The notes beneath the pieces were generated by a model. The model ran no database searches and was not told the DNA's origin. It worked only from the letters and a program-made list of their open reading frames with translations. 64,000 nucleotides of DNA from the sequence record NC_054919.1. One strand, written 5' to 3'. The position numbers and the translations under genes are program-made. Below, piece by piece: positions 9,567-20,536 of this stretch. Position 1 is the first letter of the stretch. The number at the start of each line of letters is the position of its first letter. Origin of the DNA: Escherichia phage vB_EcoM_G4507.

Positions 9567-10316
9567 ATGGCAAACATTATTCGTTGTAAATTACCAGATG
9601 GTGTTCATCGTTTTAAACCATTTACGGTAGAAGATTATCGAGATTTTTTGTTAGTTCGAAACGATATAGAGCATCGGTCACCACAAGAACAAAAAGAAAT
9701 AATTACTGATTTAATTGATGATTATTTTGGAGACTATCCGAAGACTTGGCAACCATTTATATTTTTGCAGGTATTTGTAGGTTCAATAGGTAAAACTAAA
9801 GTACCAGTCACATTTGTATGTCCAAAATGTAAAAAAGAAAAGACAGTTCCATTTGAAATATATCAAAAAGAATTAAAGGAACCTATTTTTGATGTAGCTA
9901 ATGTTAAAATTAAATTAAATTTTCCTTCTGAGTTTTATGAAAATAAAGCAAAGATGATTACTGAAAATATTCATTCTGTTCAAGTAGATGAAATGTGGTA
10001 TGATTGGAAGGAAATTAGTGAATCGAGTCAAATAGAACTTGTTGACGCCATCGAGATAGAAACATTAGAAAAAATTCTCGATGCAATGAATCCTATTAAT
10101 TTAACATTGCACATGTCGTGTTGTGATAAGTACATTAAAAAATACACTGATATAGTAGATGTGTTTAAGCTATTAGTTAATCCAGATGAGATATTTACTT
10201 TTTATCAAATTAATCACACGCTTGTAAAAAGTAATTATAGCTTAAATTCAATAATGAAAATGATTCCTGCCGAGCGCGGATTCGTATTAAAACTGATTGA
10301 GAAGGATAAACAATAA
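9567..10316 (+). CDS. 51: Baseplate hub assembly catalyst gp51
   Basis: 249 aa, T4 gp51 size and position. Confidence 0.8.
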   Translation: MANIIRCKLPDGVHRFKPFTVEDYRDFLLVRNDIEHRSPQEQKEIITDLIDDYFGDYPKTWQPFIFLQVFVGSIGKTKVPVTFVCPKCKKEKTVPFEIYQKELKEPIFDVANVKIKLNFPSEFYENKAKMITENIHSVQVDEMWYDWKEISESSQIELVDAIEIETLEKILDAMNPINLTLHMSCCDKYIKKYTDIVDVFKLLVNPDEIFTFYQINHTLVKSNYSLNSIMKMIPAERGFVLKLIEKDKQ

Positions 10317-11488
10317 TGAGTATGTTGCAACGCCCCGGATATCCAAATCTCAGCGTTAAATTATTTGAGAGTTATGACGCTTGGAGTAATAATAGATTTG
10401 TTGAATTAGCTGCTACTATTACCACATTAACTATGCGGGATTCTCTTTATGGTCGAAATGAAGGAATGCTACAATTTTATGATTCTAAAAATATCCATAC
10501 AAAAATGGATGGAAATGAAATAATTCAGATTTCTGTAGCTAATGCAAACGATATTAATAATGTTAAAACAAGAATTTATGGATGTAAGCATTTTTCTGTA
10601 TCTGTAGATTCAAAAGGTGATAACATCATTGCTATTGAATTGGGAACTATTCATTCTATAGAAAATCTTAAATTTGGTAGACCATTTTTCCCTGATGCAG
10701 GTGAATCTATAAAAGAAATGCTTGGTGTCATTTATCAAGACCGCACATTATTAACTCCAGCAATAAATGCTATAAATGCTTATGTTCCTGATATTCCATG
10801 GACTAGCACATTTGAAAACTATTTGTCATATGTAAGAGAAGTTGCTCTAGCGGTAGGAAGCGATAAGTTCGTATTTGTATGGCAAGACATCATGGGAGTT
10901 AACATGATGGACTATGATATGATGATAAATCAAGAACCATATCCAATGATTGTAGGTGAGCCAACTTTAATAGGTCAATTCGTCCAAGAATTGAAATATC
11001 CATTAGCATATGATTTTGTTTGGTTGACTAAATCAAACCCGCATAAACGTGATCCAATGAAAAATGCTACTATCTATGCTCATTCATTTTTAGATTCTTC
11101 ATTACCAATGATTACTACAGGAAAGGGTGAAAACTCTATTGTAGTGTCAAGGTCAGGTGCTTATTCTGAAATGACTTATAGAAATGGATATGAAGAAGCT
11201 ATTCGTCTTCAGACTATGGCGCAATATGACGGCTATGCTAAATGTTCTACTGTCGGTAATTTTAACTTGACTCCTGGCGTTAAAATTATTTTTAATGATA
11301 GTAAAAACCAATTTAAAACAGAATTTTACGTTGATGAAGTTATTCACGAATTATCAAATAATAATTCCGTAACTCATCTATATATGTTCACTAATGCAAC
11401 GAAACTGGAAACAATCGACCCAGTTAAGGTTAAAAATGAATTTAAAACTGATACTACCACTGAAGAAAGTAGTTCTTCCGATAAGTAA
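10316..11488 (+). CDS. 27: Baseplate hub subunit gp27
   Basis: 390 aa; T4 gp27 is 391 aa. Confidence 0.85.
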   Translation: MSMLQRPGYPNLSVKLFESYDAWSNNRFVELAATITTLTMRDSLYGRNEGMLQFYDSKNIHTKMDGNEIIQISVANANDINNVKTRIYGCKHFSVSVDSKGDNIIAIELGTIHSIENLKFGRPFFPDAGESIKEMLGVIYQDRTLLTPAINAINAYVPDIPWTSTFENYLSYVREVALAVGSDKFVFVWQDIMGVNMMDYDMMINQEPYPMIVGEPTLIGQFVQELKYPLAYDFVWLTKSNPHKRDPMKNATIYAHSFLDSSLPMITTGKGENSIVVSRSGAYSEMTYRNGYEEAIRLQTMAQYDGYAKCSTVGNFNLTPGVKIIFNDSKNQFKTEFYVDEVIHELSNNNSVTHLYMFTNATKLETIDPVKVKNEFKTDTTTEESSSSDK

Positions 11489-11969
11489 TAAAGAAGTTTC
11501 TATTCCTAAGATGGGTCTTAAACATTATAACATTTTAAAAGATGTTAAAGGTCCTGATGAAAATTTAAAGCTTCTTATTGATTCTATTTGTCCAAATTTA
11601 TCACCGGCAGAAGTTGATTTCGTTTCTATTCATTTATTGGAATTTAATGGAAAGATTAAATCTCGTAAAGAAATAGATGGCTATACTTATGACATTAATG
11701 ATGTTTATGTATGCCAAAGATTAGAATTTCAATACCAAGGAAATACATTTTATTTTAGACCTCCTGGAAAATTTGAACAATTTTTAACGGTGAGCGATAT
11801 GTTATCTAAATGCTTGCTTAAGGTCAACGATGAAGTTAAAGAAATTAATTTTCTTGAGATGCCAGCATTCGTTTTAAAATGGGCAAATGATATTTTTACA
11901 ACTTTAGCAATTCCTGGCCCTAATGGTCCAATAACTGGAATTGGCAATATTATTGGATTATTTGAATGA
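11436..11969 (+). CDS. 28: Baseplate distal hub subunit gp28
   Basis: ORF-track ORF trimmed to the internal ATG preceded by AAGG, giving 177 aa as in T4; start position uncertain. Confidence 0.65.
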   Translation: MNLKLILPLKKVVLPISNKEVSIPKMGLKHYNILKDVKGPDENLKLLIDSICPNLSPAEVDFVSIHLLEFNGKIKSRKEIDGYTYDINDVYVCQRLEFQYQGNTFYFRPPGKFEQFLTVSDMLSKCLLKVNDEVKEINFLEMPAFVLKWANDIFTTLAIPGPNGPITGIGNIIGLFE

Positions 11970-13738
11970 AAAAGCCACAAGAAATGCAAACGATGCGTAG
12001 AAAAGTTATTTCAGATAATAAACCAACACAGGAAGCGGCTAAATCCGCTTCCAATACTTTATCTGGACTTAATGACATTTCTACAAAATTGGATGATGCT
12101 CAAGCTGCTTCTGAATTAATAGCTCAAACCGTTGAAGAAAAATCGAATGAAATAATTGGAGCAATTGACAATGTAGAAAGCGCAGTGAGTGATACTACTG
12201 CTGGTTCTGAGTTAATTGCTGAAACTGTCGAAATTGGCAATAATATTAATAAAGAAATCGGTGAATCGCTCGGAAGTAAATTAGATAAATTAACGAGTTT
12301 ACTCGAGCAAAAAATCCAGACAGCCGGAATTCAACAAACAGGAACTAGTTTAGCTACGGTTGAAAGCGCTATTCCTGTTAAAGTTGTTGAGGACGATACA
12401 GCTGAATCCGTGGGTCCTTTATTACCAGCTCCTGAAGCAGTTAATAATGATCCTGACGCTGATTTTTTCCCTGCCCCTCAACCAGTTGAACCTAAGCGAG
12501 AGTCACCGGAAGAAAAACAGAAAAAAGAAGCATTTAATTTAAAATTATCTCAAGCTTTAGATAAATTAACAAAGACTGTTGATTTTGGATTTAAAAAATC
12601 CATTTCAATTACTGATAAAATATCAAGCATGCTATTTAAGTATACTGTCAGTGCTGCTATTGAAGCTGCTAAAATGGTTGCATTAATAATGGCTGTTGTT
12701 ATTGGAATAGACCTACTGATGGTTCATTTTAAATATTGGTCAGATAAATTTTCAAAAGCCTGGGATTTGTTTAGCACTGATTTTAAAACTTTTTCAAGCG
12801 AAACCGGAACTTGGGGTCCTTTATTACAGAGCATCTTTGAATCTATTGATGAAATTAAAAAGTTCTGGGAAGCGGGAGATTGGGGCGGTTTGACGGTAGC
12901 TATTGTAGAAGGGCTTGGAAAGGTTCTTTATAATTTAGGAGAACTTATTCAGCTTGGAATGGCTAAATTATCAGCAGCAATTCTTCGAGTTATTCCTGGT
13001 ATGAAAGATACTGCTGACGAAGTAGAAGGAAGAGCACTGGAAAATTTCCAAAATTCTACTGGAGCATCTCTCAATAAAGAAGACCAGGAAAAAGTTGCGA
13101 ATTATCAAGATAAACGAATGAATGGAGACCTTGGTCCGATAGCAGAAGGACTAGACAAAATTGCGAACTGGAAAACTCGTGCATCTAACTGGATTCGTGG
13201 TGTTGATAATAAAGAAGCATTGACAACTGATGAAGAACGCGCAGCAGAAGAAGAAAAATTAAAGCAGCTTTCACCAGAAGAAAGAAAAAATGCTTTAATG
13301 AAGGCTAATGAAGCCCGTGCCGCGATGATTCGTTTTGAAAAATATGCTGATTCAGCTGATATGAGTAAAGACTCAACGGTTAAATCAGTTGAAGCTGCCT
13401 ATGAAGACCTTAAAAAACGAATGGATGACCCGGATTTAAATAATTCACCGGCAGTTAAAAAAGAACTTGCTGCTAGATTTTCTAAAATTGATGCTACTTA
13501 TCAAGAGCTCAAGAAAAATCAGCCTAATGCCAAACCTCAAACTTCTGCTAAATCGCCAGAAGCAAAACAAGTCCAGGTAATAGAAAAGAACAAAGCACAG
13601 CAAGCTCCTATTCAACAAGCATCTCCTTCAATCAATAATACTAATAATGTTATTAAGAAAAATACTGTCGTTCATAATATGACACCCGTAACGAGCACGA
13701 CTGCTCCTGGTGTATTTGATGCGACTGGAGTTAATTAA
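11966..13738 (+). CDS. 29: Baseplate hub / tail tube length determinator (tape measure) gp29
   Basis: 590 aa, same length as T4 gp29. Confidence 0.85.
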   Translation: MKKPQEMQTMRRKVISDNKPTQEAAKSASNTLSGLNDISTKLDDAQAASELIAQTVEEKSNEIIGAIDNVESAVSDTTAGSELIAETVEIGNNINKEIGESLGSKLDKLTSLLEQKIQTAGIQQTGTSLATVESAIPVKVVEDDTAESVGPLLPAPEAVNNDPDADFFPAPQPVEPKRESPEEKQKKEAFNLKLSQALDKLTKTVDFGFKKSISITDKISSMLFKYTVSAAIEAAKMVALIMAVVIGIDLLMVHFKYWSDKFSKAWDLFSTDFKTFSSETGTWGPLLQSIFESIDEIKKFWEAGDWGGLTVAIVEGLGKVLYNLGELIQLGMAKLSAAILRVIPGMKDTADEVEGRALENFQNSTGASLNKEDQEKVANYQDKRMNGDLGPIAEGLDKIANWKTRASNWIRGVDNKEALTTDEERAAEEEKLKQLSPEERKNALMKANEARAAMIRFEKYADSADMSKDSTVKSVEAAYEDLKKRMDDPDLNNSPAVKKELAARFSKIDATYQELKKNQPNAKPQTSAKSPEAKQVQVIEKNKAQQAPIQQASPSINNTNNVIKKNTVVHNMTPVTSTTAPGVFDATGVN

Positions 13739-13746
13739 GGAATAAT

Positions 13747-14841
13747 ATGGCAATTGTTAAAGAAATAACTGCTGATTTAATTAAAAAGTCCGGTGAGAAA
13801 ATTTCAGCCGGACAGAGTACTAAATCAGAAGTAGCAACTAAAACATACACTGCCCAGTTTCCAACTGGGCGTGCTAGTGGTAATGACACTACAGGGGACT
13901 TCCAGGTAACAGATCTATATAAGAATGGATTATTATTTACTGCATACAATATGTCATCTAGGGATTCTGGAAGTCTTAGAACGATGAGATCTAACTACTC
14001 TTCTTCATCTTCGAGTATTTTACGTACAGCCAGAAACACTATCAGTAATACAGTATCAAAACTATCAAATGGACTAATATCAGATAATAATTCAGGAACA
14101 ATAAGTAAAGTTCCTGTTGCAAATATTCTTTTACCTAGATCTAAATCTGACGTCGATACGTCATCACATAGATTTAATGATGTTCAAGATAGTCTTATTA
14201 CAAAAGGTGGAGGTACTGCTACTGGTGTGCTAAGCAATATGGCTTCAACCGCAGTATTTGGAGCGCTGGAAAGTATAACACAAGGTATAATGGCTGATAA
14301 TAATGAACAGATTTATACGACAGCCAGAAGCATGTACGGCGGTGCTGAAAATAGAACTAAAGTGTTCACTTGGGATTTGACTCCGCGCTCAACAGAAGAT
14401 TTAATGGCTATTATTAATATCTATCAGTATTTTAACTATTTTTCTTACGGTGAAACTGGTAAATCTCAATATGCTGCTGAAATAAAAGGATATCTAGATG
14501 AGTGGTACCGTTCTACTTTTATTGAGCCGTTAACTCCAGAAGATGCAGTTAAAAATAAGACGTTATTTGAGAAAATGACATCGAGTTTAACTAACGTTCT
14601 TGTAGTTTCAAACCCGACAATTTGGATGGTGAAAAACTTTGGTGCAACATCTAAGTTTGATGGAAAAACGGAAATATTCGGTCCATGTCAAATCCAGAGT
14701 ATCAGATTTGATAAAACACCTAATGGTAACTTTAACGGATTAGCTATTGCTCCAAATCTCCCTAGTACATTTACTCTCGAGATTACTATGAGAGAAATTA
14801 TCACGTTAAACCGTGCTTCTTTATATGCGGGGACTTTTTAA
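13747..14841 (+). CDS. 48: Baseplate tail tube cap gp48
   Basis: 364 aa, same length as T4 gp48. Confidence 0.85.
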   Translation: MAIVKEITADLIKKSGEKISAGQSTKSEVATKTYTAQFPTGRASGNDTTGDFQVTDLYKNGLLFTAYNMSSRDSGSLRTMRSNYSSSSSSILRTARNTISNTVSKLSNGLISDNNSGTISKVPVANILLPRSKSDVDTSSHRFNDVQDSLITKGGGTATGVLSNMASTAVFGALESITQGIMADNNEQIYTTARSMYGGAENRTKVFTWDLTPRSTEDLMAIINIYQYFNYFSYGETGKSQYAAEIKGYLDEWYRSTFIEPLTPEDAVKNKTLFEKMTSSLTNVLVVSNPTIWMVKNFGATSKFDGKTEIFGPCQIQSIRFDKTPNGNFNGLAIAPNLPSTFTLEITMREIITLNRASLYAGTF

Positions 14842-15806
14842 TGTATTCTTTAGAGGAATTTAATAATCAAGCAATAAACGCAGATTTCCAACGTAATAAT
14901 ATGTTCAGCTGTGTTTTTGCTACAACTCCATCAACTAAAAGCTCTTCGTTGATAAGTTCAATTAGCAACTTTTCTTATAATAACTTGGGCCTAAATTCAG
15001 ATTGGTTAGGATTAACTCAAGGCGATATTAATCAGGGAATTACTACGCTAATTACAGCTGGCACACAAAAACTGATAAGAAAATCAGGGGTTAGTAAATA
15101 TCTTATTGGTGCCATGAGTCAACGTACAGTTCAAAGTTTATTAGGCTCATTTACAGTTGGTACATATTTAATTGACTTCTTTAACATGGCATATAACTCA
15201 TCTGGATTGATGATATACTCTGTAAAAATGCCAGAGAATAGATTATCCTATGAAACTGACTGGAACTATAATTCTCCTAATATTCGTATAACTGGGAGAG
15301 AATTAGACCCTTTGGTTATTTCATTCAGAATGGATTCAGAAGCTTGTAACTATCGTGCAATGCAAGACTGGGTTAACGCTGTTCAAGACCCAGTAACTGG
15401 ATTGCGTGCTTTGCCGCAAGATGTCGAGGCTGATATTCAGGTTAATCTTCATTCTCGCAATGGATTACCACATACTGCGGTGATGTTCACTGGATGCATT
15501 CCAGTGTCCGTAAGCGCTCCTGAGTTATCATATGATGGAGATAACCAAATAACTACATTTGATGTTACTTTTGCGTATAGAGTCATGCAGGCTGGAGCAG
15601 TTGATAGACAAGCTGCGCTTGAATGGCTTGAATCTGCTGCTATAAATGGTATTCAAAGCGTTCTCGGAAATAGTGGAGGTGTCACTGGACTATCTAATTC
15701 GCTTTCACGACTTAGTAGATTAGGGGGAACTGCAGGAAGCATTTCAAATATTAACACTATGACAGGAATTGTCAATTCGCAAAGTAAAATATTAGGAGCA
15801 ATATAA
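14841..15806 (+). CDS. 54: Baseplate tail tube initiator gp54
   Basis: 321 aa; T4 gp54 is about 320 aa. Confidence 0.85.
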   Translation: MYSLEEFNNQAINADFQRNNMFSCVFATTPSTKSSSLISSISNFSYNNLGLNSDWLGLTQGDINQGITTLITAGTQKLIRKSGVSKYLIGAMSQRTVQSLLGSFTVGTYLIDFFNMAYNSSGLMIYSVKMPENRLSYETDWNYNSPNIRITGRELDPLVISFRMDSEACNYRAMQDWVNAVQDPVTGLRALPQDVEADIQVNLHSRNGLPHTAVMFTGCIPVSVSAPELSYDGDNQITTFDVTFAYRVMQAGAVDRQAALEWLESAAINGIQSVLGNSGGVTGLSNSLSRLSRLGGTAGSISNINTMTGIVNSQSKILGAI

Positions 15807-15810
15807 CAAT

Positions 15811-15828
15811 GGGGACCTTTCGGTCCCC
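15811..15828. terminator. Bidirectional hairpin terminator ggggacc-tttc-ggtcccc
   Basis: 7-bp GC stem, tetraloop, flanked by A/T runs; between convergent gene 54 and the minus-strand 96-aa ORF. Confidence 0.65.
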
Positions 15829-15834
15829 ATATTT

Positions 15835-16125
15835 TTATTTACGGAATGAAATGAAAGCAGCAACTGAAGCAACTAAACTGTCTTCAATATAAACTTCAAT
15901 TTTTACCGGAGCTTCTGACTCAAATTTACCTGTTACTACACCCTGAAAAATACTTTCAGTCTGTTCTGGCTTTGAAAAATTTTCAGAAGGAAAAATTCCG
16001 AACTTTTTATCTGTTCCAAAAATTTTGATAAATTCATCGTAAACTGCTTCATTAAAAGCATTATCAGCAGGAATAACGCCTTCAACTACAAGTTCTTGAC
16101 CTAAAAAGCGCAAAGAAGATTTCAT
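15835..16125 (-). CDS. Hypothetical protein (alt.-3 position)
   Basis: 96-aa ORF preceded by an early promoter and GAGGA Shine-Dalgarno. Confidence 0.6.
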   Translation of the reverse strand: MKSSLRFLGQELVVEGVIPADNAFNEAVYDEFIKIFGTDKKFGIFPSENFSKPEQTESIFQGVVTGKFESEAPVKIEVYIEDSLVASVAAFISFRK

Positions 16126-16132
16126 TTTGTGT

Positions 16133-16186
16133 TCCTCATGTTATGTCAGTAAGACTACTATAACACAACACGAGGGACTTGTAAAC
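16133..16186 (-). promoter_or_regulatory. T4-type early promoter plus leader: GTTTAC(-35), 18 nt, TATAGT(-10); copy 1 of a 54-nt repeat
   Basis: Minus strand reads GTTTACAAGTCCCTCGTGTTGTGTTATAGTAGTCTTACTGACATAACATGAGGA then ATG; identical bar 1 nt to 31387-31440. Confidence 0.6.
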
Positions 16187-18243
16187 TACATCTTGAACTT
16201 TTTAGACATTCCGTTGATGTTAACCAAAGAAGCTAAGATTTGAGAAACTTCGTTTTCCTCTTCTTTTGATTCTTCTACAAGGAATTGATTAAATCCAGCC
16301 ATTGGACGAACTTCACCAGTTTCCATTAGATGGTCGCCATCATATACTGATTCTTCTAATTGTTCAGAAGGAGGAACGATTGTACCTTCGATTAGATACT
16401 TGTTATAAGCAGTTTCTTTCATAAAGTAAGTACTTACTTTATTAATCTTCAGTAAAATTCCACGTGGTAGAATAACTTCAGCTTCTGACGGAAATCCTGA
16501 TAAATGACCCGGAACGATAACTTTGATTCGCTCAGCTCCTTTAATTACCATACCCACGCTAGTTTCAGCATCTTCATTAGCATATGTAGAATGACTACCC
16601 ATATGCATCAAATCTTCTGCATCAACGGAACCTTCTCCTTCACCAGAAAATACTGCGCCGGAATCATCTAGAGCCATATAGTTTTTACCATGCTCACCGA
16701 AGATATTTGGTTTAAGCGATGTGGATACGAAGTTCTTGAAATAGAACATTTTATTTTCAATGTTATGACGCAAAGTTTTAAAGGTAACTTCTTGTCCACG
16801 GTAAAGTGTAGTTCCTGGAGGAAGAACTGAACCTTTAGCGAATGCAGAATCAAGCGTCTCAATATGTTTAATAGCTCGTTCCATATATTCTTCACGGGTA
16901 GAATCTGGTTTACCCAAAAGGAACGAGTTCATTTCAACATATGAATCTGCACAATAATCTTCAATTACATCAGATTCAGCTTGAGTTAATCCTTTTGGAG
17001 TTACTTCAGTGCTTGCGTATTCATATGCCTGAGCAGCAGATTCATTAATCAATTTATAAATGCCATTCATGACAAATTGAATAATAGCTGTCTTTTCATC
17101 TGGCGTAGCTTTAGAACCTTTAACCAAATCATTGATAATTTTCTTAATAACATCAAAGCTATTAGAAATATTAATATCAGCAAGATCGCTTAAAATTTTA
17201 TCAGTCTTATAATCAAAGAATTCTTTATTCTTTAAATATTCTTGAGAACCTTGATATGTTATATCGCTCTGTAACTTGATAGATGGATCACGTAAACGTG
17301 CATGGGCTAATGCAATATGATTTCGGAAGCTTTCGAGTTCATAATCACTAGATTTAAAACGAGAAGCGCTTCTCATACCGCCTATAGCTCCTTTGCTGAA
17401 GTTTGAACCAATTTGAATAACGCCAGAGTTCATTGGTCCTTCTGCTTTATACACCGGAACTTTAGATTCAAACTCTTGATATTTCTTAGCAGCGAAGCTA
17501 TCACCCTGAAGTGAAGCATCAACAGTAGAATATTGAGCTTGTGCTGCTAATCGACGACTAATTTTAGTTTTCTGAATAACAGCTTGGTCCGTGCGCTTAT
17601 CATTTTCTAAAGCAATAGAAGCAGCAACAGCAACAGCTTTAGGAACAGCATTACCTGTTTTAACATCTACATAAACATCACCAACCTTTGATTCAACTTT
17701 TGTGAATAACTCAGTTGAAATAGGAGGTACACCTGGAATGTCTTCTAAATTGGCATTTTTACGATAAACCATAATATATGCGTACTTTTTATCATAATCC
17801 CAGATTTCCTTTAAAAGAACATATCGACCTGCTCCTTTAGTACGTACTAAACGGTCAGCAATAACTTGCATTTGACGAGCAGCGCCATTTGTTTTACTCT
17901 TTAGTACGCGGAATAAGCATGCATCAATTTTATACTGTTTCATTGTTTGAAGAGCAGTATCAAAAACAGCGTTAATGACGCCAATTGGATTTCCACCCAA
18001 GTTTCTAAGTTTAACCAGTGATAATTTCTCGTTGACACCTATCATTACGATATGCATCATTTTATCGCCCGGCTTAACGTTTTTATTTGTATCACCTCCA
18101 GAGGTGTATGTACAAAATCTAAATCCAGGAAGCACGCTTTCTTCGCCGGCTTGAATAGCAAAAATTTGAGGTATTTTATGCTTAGGATTTAAGTTAACAA
18201 CCGGCGCCGAAGCGCCGTCAAATAATTCTGTAATAAGTTCCAT
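16186..18243 (-). CDS. Alt-family mono-ADP-ribosyltransferase paralog (685 aa)
   Basis: Shares N-terminus MELITELFD, LCTYTSGGDTN, YKIDAC, QVIADRL, YVLLKE.WDYDKKYAYI with the adjacent Alt; C-terminal R-S-E motifs LYRGQ, FVSTSL, EAEVILPRG. Confidence 0.75.
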   Translation of the reverse strand: MELITELFDGASAPVVNLNPKHKIPQIFAIQAGEESVLPGFRFCTYTSGGDTNKNVKPGDKMMHIVMIGVNEKLSLVKLRNLGGNPIGVINAVFDTALQTMKQYKIDACLFRVLKSKTNGAARQMQVIADRLVRTKGAGRYVLLKEIWDYDKKYAYIMVYRKNANLEDIPGVPPISTELFTKVESKVGDVYVDVKTGNAVPKAVAVAASIALENDKRTDQAVIQKTKISRRLAAQAQYSTVDASLQGDSFAAKKYQEFESKVPVYKAEGPMNSGVIQIGSNFSKGAIGGMRSASRFKSSDYELESFRNHIALAHARLRDPSIKLQSDITYQGSQEYLKNKEFFDYKTDKILSDLADINISNSFDVIKKIINDLVKGSKATPDEKTAIIQFVMNGIYKLINESAAQAYEYASTEVTPKGLTQAESDVIEDYCADSYVEMNSFLLGKPDSTREEYMERAIKHIETLDSAFAKGSVLPPGTTLYRGQEVTFKTLRHNIENKMFYFKNFVSTSLKPNIFGEHGKNYMALDDSGAVFSGEGEGSVDAEDLMHMGSHSTYANEDAETSVGMVIKGAERIKVIVPGHLSGFPSEAEVILPRGILLKINKVSTYFMKETAYNKYLIEGTIVPPSEQLEESVYDGDHLMETGEVRPMAGFNQFLVEESKEEENEVSQILASLVNINGMSKKFKM

Positions 18244-18246
18244 GAT

Positions 18247-20298
18247 TTATCCTTGAACGAACTTGTAAGGCATGTTTGTAATATCTATGCAAGACGCAAT
18301 AATTCCAAGAGATGATTCTACTTTCTGTTTAACATTTGATGAAACAAATGATGCAAAGTCAACTCTATCTTCTATATCACCTGTCATTGTAACTACTTCG
18401 CCGGTTTCCATTAAACGGTCACCGTCATAAATTACTGATTCGGTGAGTTCTTCGGTGGTCATAACTTCAGCTTGAATAAGCTTGTTGTTAGTTTTGACTG
18501 TTCCATCATTGTAAGATGCATCAGTTATTTTATTAACTTTGACCATTAATCCACGTGGCAAAATGACTTCCATTTCATTTGAAGGCGCTAAACTTCCACC
18601 GGGTAAAACAACATTGACTTTATCAGCCCCAGTAATAACCCATCCAATTCCGACTAAATTATCGCTAGAATTAACAAGCCCTTCATCATTTTTATCGATA
18701 GAAATGTTTAGACGCTTTTCATCTGGTAAAACACCAACAGCTGAATCAGTCATCCAAGTACCAAAAATGTTTGGATATAATGATGTTGATACAAAATTTC
18801 TAAAATAAAAAACTCGATTTTTTACCATTGCTTCGTATATTGAAGGTAACATTCGTTGTGAACGATACAAAGTAATACCTTTTGGTAATCGTTCACCATT
18901 TTTAAAGGCTGAATCTAAATTATCAATAGCTTTTTCTATGTCAGATGCTGTCAAAATACTTGTACGCTCATCTGGATTATATAATCCCAAAAGAGCATTA
19001 TTTATGTCTACATATCCTGAACCTACGTATTCACGAATTCCGCGTTTTTGTGCTGGTGTGTATTTAGATGAATCTTTATTTTCGACTATAGGATGTAATG
19101 ACCATCCAGCTGTAAGAGCATATCCACGTAATTCTCTTCGAATAATCTTTGTTTTTATTGCATTCCAAGAATTTTGTACTAACTCATTTGCAGCATCTTG
19201 GTTTAAATGCGAATGTTTGTTAATATTTCTTTCAAACCAAGCACCTTTATATTTTTCTAAAGTATTATCGACGATAGAAGCAATAGTTTCTAAAGTTTTT
19301 ATTGAAGTAATAGATTCTTTTCGTAATTTTTCTAAAGCTTTATTTTTTATTTCTGCATTAATAATGGATTCTTTATCTTCAGGAATTATAGAAGCTTCTC
19401 TGAATGCCATCCCAGCTGTAACACTGCTAAGAGCATTCTCTAGTGCAAATCCTGAAGTAGAAATTACCGTTAATTCATTAGAATCAGAAATTAAAGGCGC
19501 ATCAGCGGGTTTATTTAATTCTGCTGCTGAAGCCTCAAATTTTTGAAACATCGGTGTTTCAAATCTAGAAGATTCCAATGACTGACTTTGTGCAATTGCT
19601 CTACGGGAAATTTTAACTTTAACGATTACAGCTTGGTCAGAACGTTTATCATTTTCTTGTGCAATAGATGCTGCAATTGCCTCATTTTTGGTTACTTGAG
19701 CTCCGGTATCTTTATTGATATAAACATCACCGACCTTCGATTCAACTTTAGTAAAGAGCTCGGTACTAATTTCCGGAACTCCTGGAATGTCTTCTAGTGA
19801 TACATTTTTGCGATGTATAAGAATATATGCATACTTTTTATCATAATCCCAGAGTTCCTTAAGAAGGACGTATCTGCCACCTGAACGACTACGGATAAGT
19901 CTATCAGCAATAACTTGAATTTGTCGAGCTTGACCAGCGGTTTTAGACTTAAGAATACGAAGCATACAGGCATCAATTTTATACTGACGCATTGTTTGCA
20001 TCGCAACAGTAAAAACTGAATTGATATAATTAATTGGGCTTGGACCAAGACCTTTTAATTTAGCAATTGAACCTTTAGCAGTTAATGTAAAAGGAACAAT
20101 ATGCATCATTTTATCGCCCATCTTTAAATCGCGATTAGTATCACCTCCAGATGTATAGGTACATAAACGAAAGCCTGGTTGTTCAATTGCATCATCAACA
20201 TGAACTGAAAAAATTTGCGGTATTTTCTTCTTTGGATTTAAGTTTGTAATCGGAAGAGTAGTATCTTCGTCAAATAATTCTGTAATAAGTTCCATCAT
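18247..20298 (-). CDS. alt: Alt, RNA polymerase ADP-ribosyltransferase (packaged and injected)
   Basis: 683 aa (T4 Alt 682 aa); R-S-ExE motifs LYRSQ, FVSTSL, EMEVILPRG; immediately upstream of DNA ligase as in T4. Confidence 0.85.
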   Translation of the reverse strand: MMELITELFDEDTTLPITNLNPKKKIPQIFSVHVDDAIEQPGFRLCTYTSGGDTNRDLKMGDKMMHIVPFTLTAKGSIAKLKGLGPSPINYINSVFTVAMQTMRQYKIDACMLRILKSKTAGQARQIQVIADRLIRSRSGGRYVLLKELWDYDKKYAYILIHRKNVSLEDIPGVPEISTELFTKVESKVGDVYINKDTGAQVTKNEAIAASIAQENDKRSDQAVIVKVKISRRAIAQSQSLESSRFETPMFQKFEASAAELNKPADAPLISDSNELTVISTSGFALENALSSVTAGMAFREASIIPEDKESIINAEIKNKALEKLRKESITSIKTLETIASIVDNTLEKYKGAWFERNINKHSHLNQDAANELVQNSWNAIKTKIIRRELRGYALTAGWSLHPIVENKDSSKYTPAQKRGIREYVGSGYVDINNALLGLYNPDERTSILTASDIEKAIDNLDSAFKNGERLPKGITLYRSQRMLPSIYEAMVKNRVFYFRNFVSTSLYPNIFGTWMTDSAVGVLPDEKRLNISIDKNDEGLVNSSDNLVGIGWVITGADKVNVVLPGGSLAPSNEMEVILPRGLMVKVNKITDASYNDGTVKTNNKLIQAEVMTTEELTESVIYDGDRLMETGEVVTMTGDIEDRVDFASFVSSNVKQKVESSLGIIASCIDITNMPYKFVQG

Positions 20299-20334
20299 AG
20301 CCTCTCTAGTGTTTATTCTATTTATAAAATTAAA

Positions 20335-20346
20335 GGCCCGAAGGCC
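20335..20346. terminator. Hairpin ggccc-ga-aggcc
   Basis: Inverted repeat in the alt upstream intergenic region. Confidence 0.4.
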
Positions 20347-20347
20347 T

Positions 20348-20536
20348 TTAATAATCTAGTGGTAAGAGAGTACGGTATATTTCAAACTTTGGACCTTTTT
20401 CATAGGCATCAAATGTTTCTGTGAATTTATTATAAGCATATGCATCTACAAATTCGAGAATGACTTGTGATACAGAAGTAGAAACATCTCCACCTTCTTT
20501 TTGAGCAATGACAATTGTTTCTAAGTAAGCTTTCAT
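20348..20536 (-). CDS. Hypothetical small protein
   Basis: 62-aa ORF overlapping the ligase stop by 4 nt (translational coupling). Confidence 0.5.
   Translation of the reverse strand: MKAYLETIVIAQKEGGDVSTSVSQVILEFVDAYAYNKFTETFDAYEKGPKFEIYRTLLPLDY

Noticed and set aside
16126-16185. The duplicated 54-nt element considered as a terminal repeat of a mobile element
   Set aside because: Its internal organisation (GTTTAC, 18 nt, TATAGT, leader with GAGGA) fits a T4 early promoter; the sequence between the two copies is ordinary T-even core genes.
18539-20048. Several ORFs (69-202 aa) on both strands inside the alt gene
   Set aside because: Entirely contained within the 683-aa Alt coding region; no independent translation signals.
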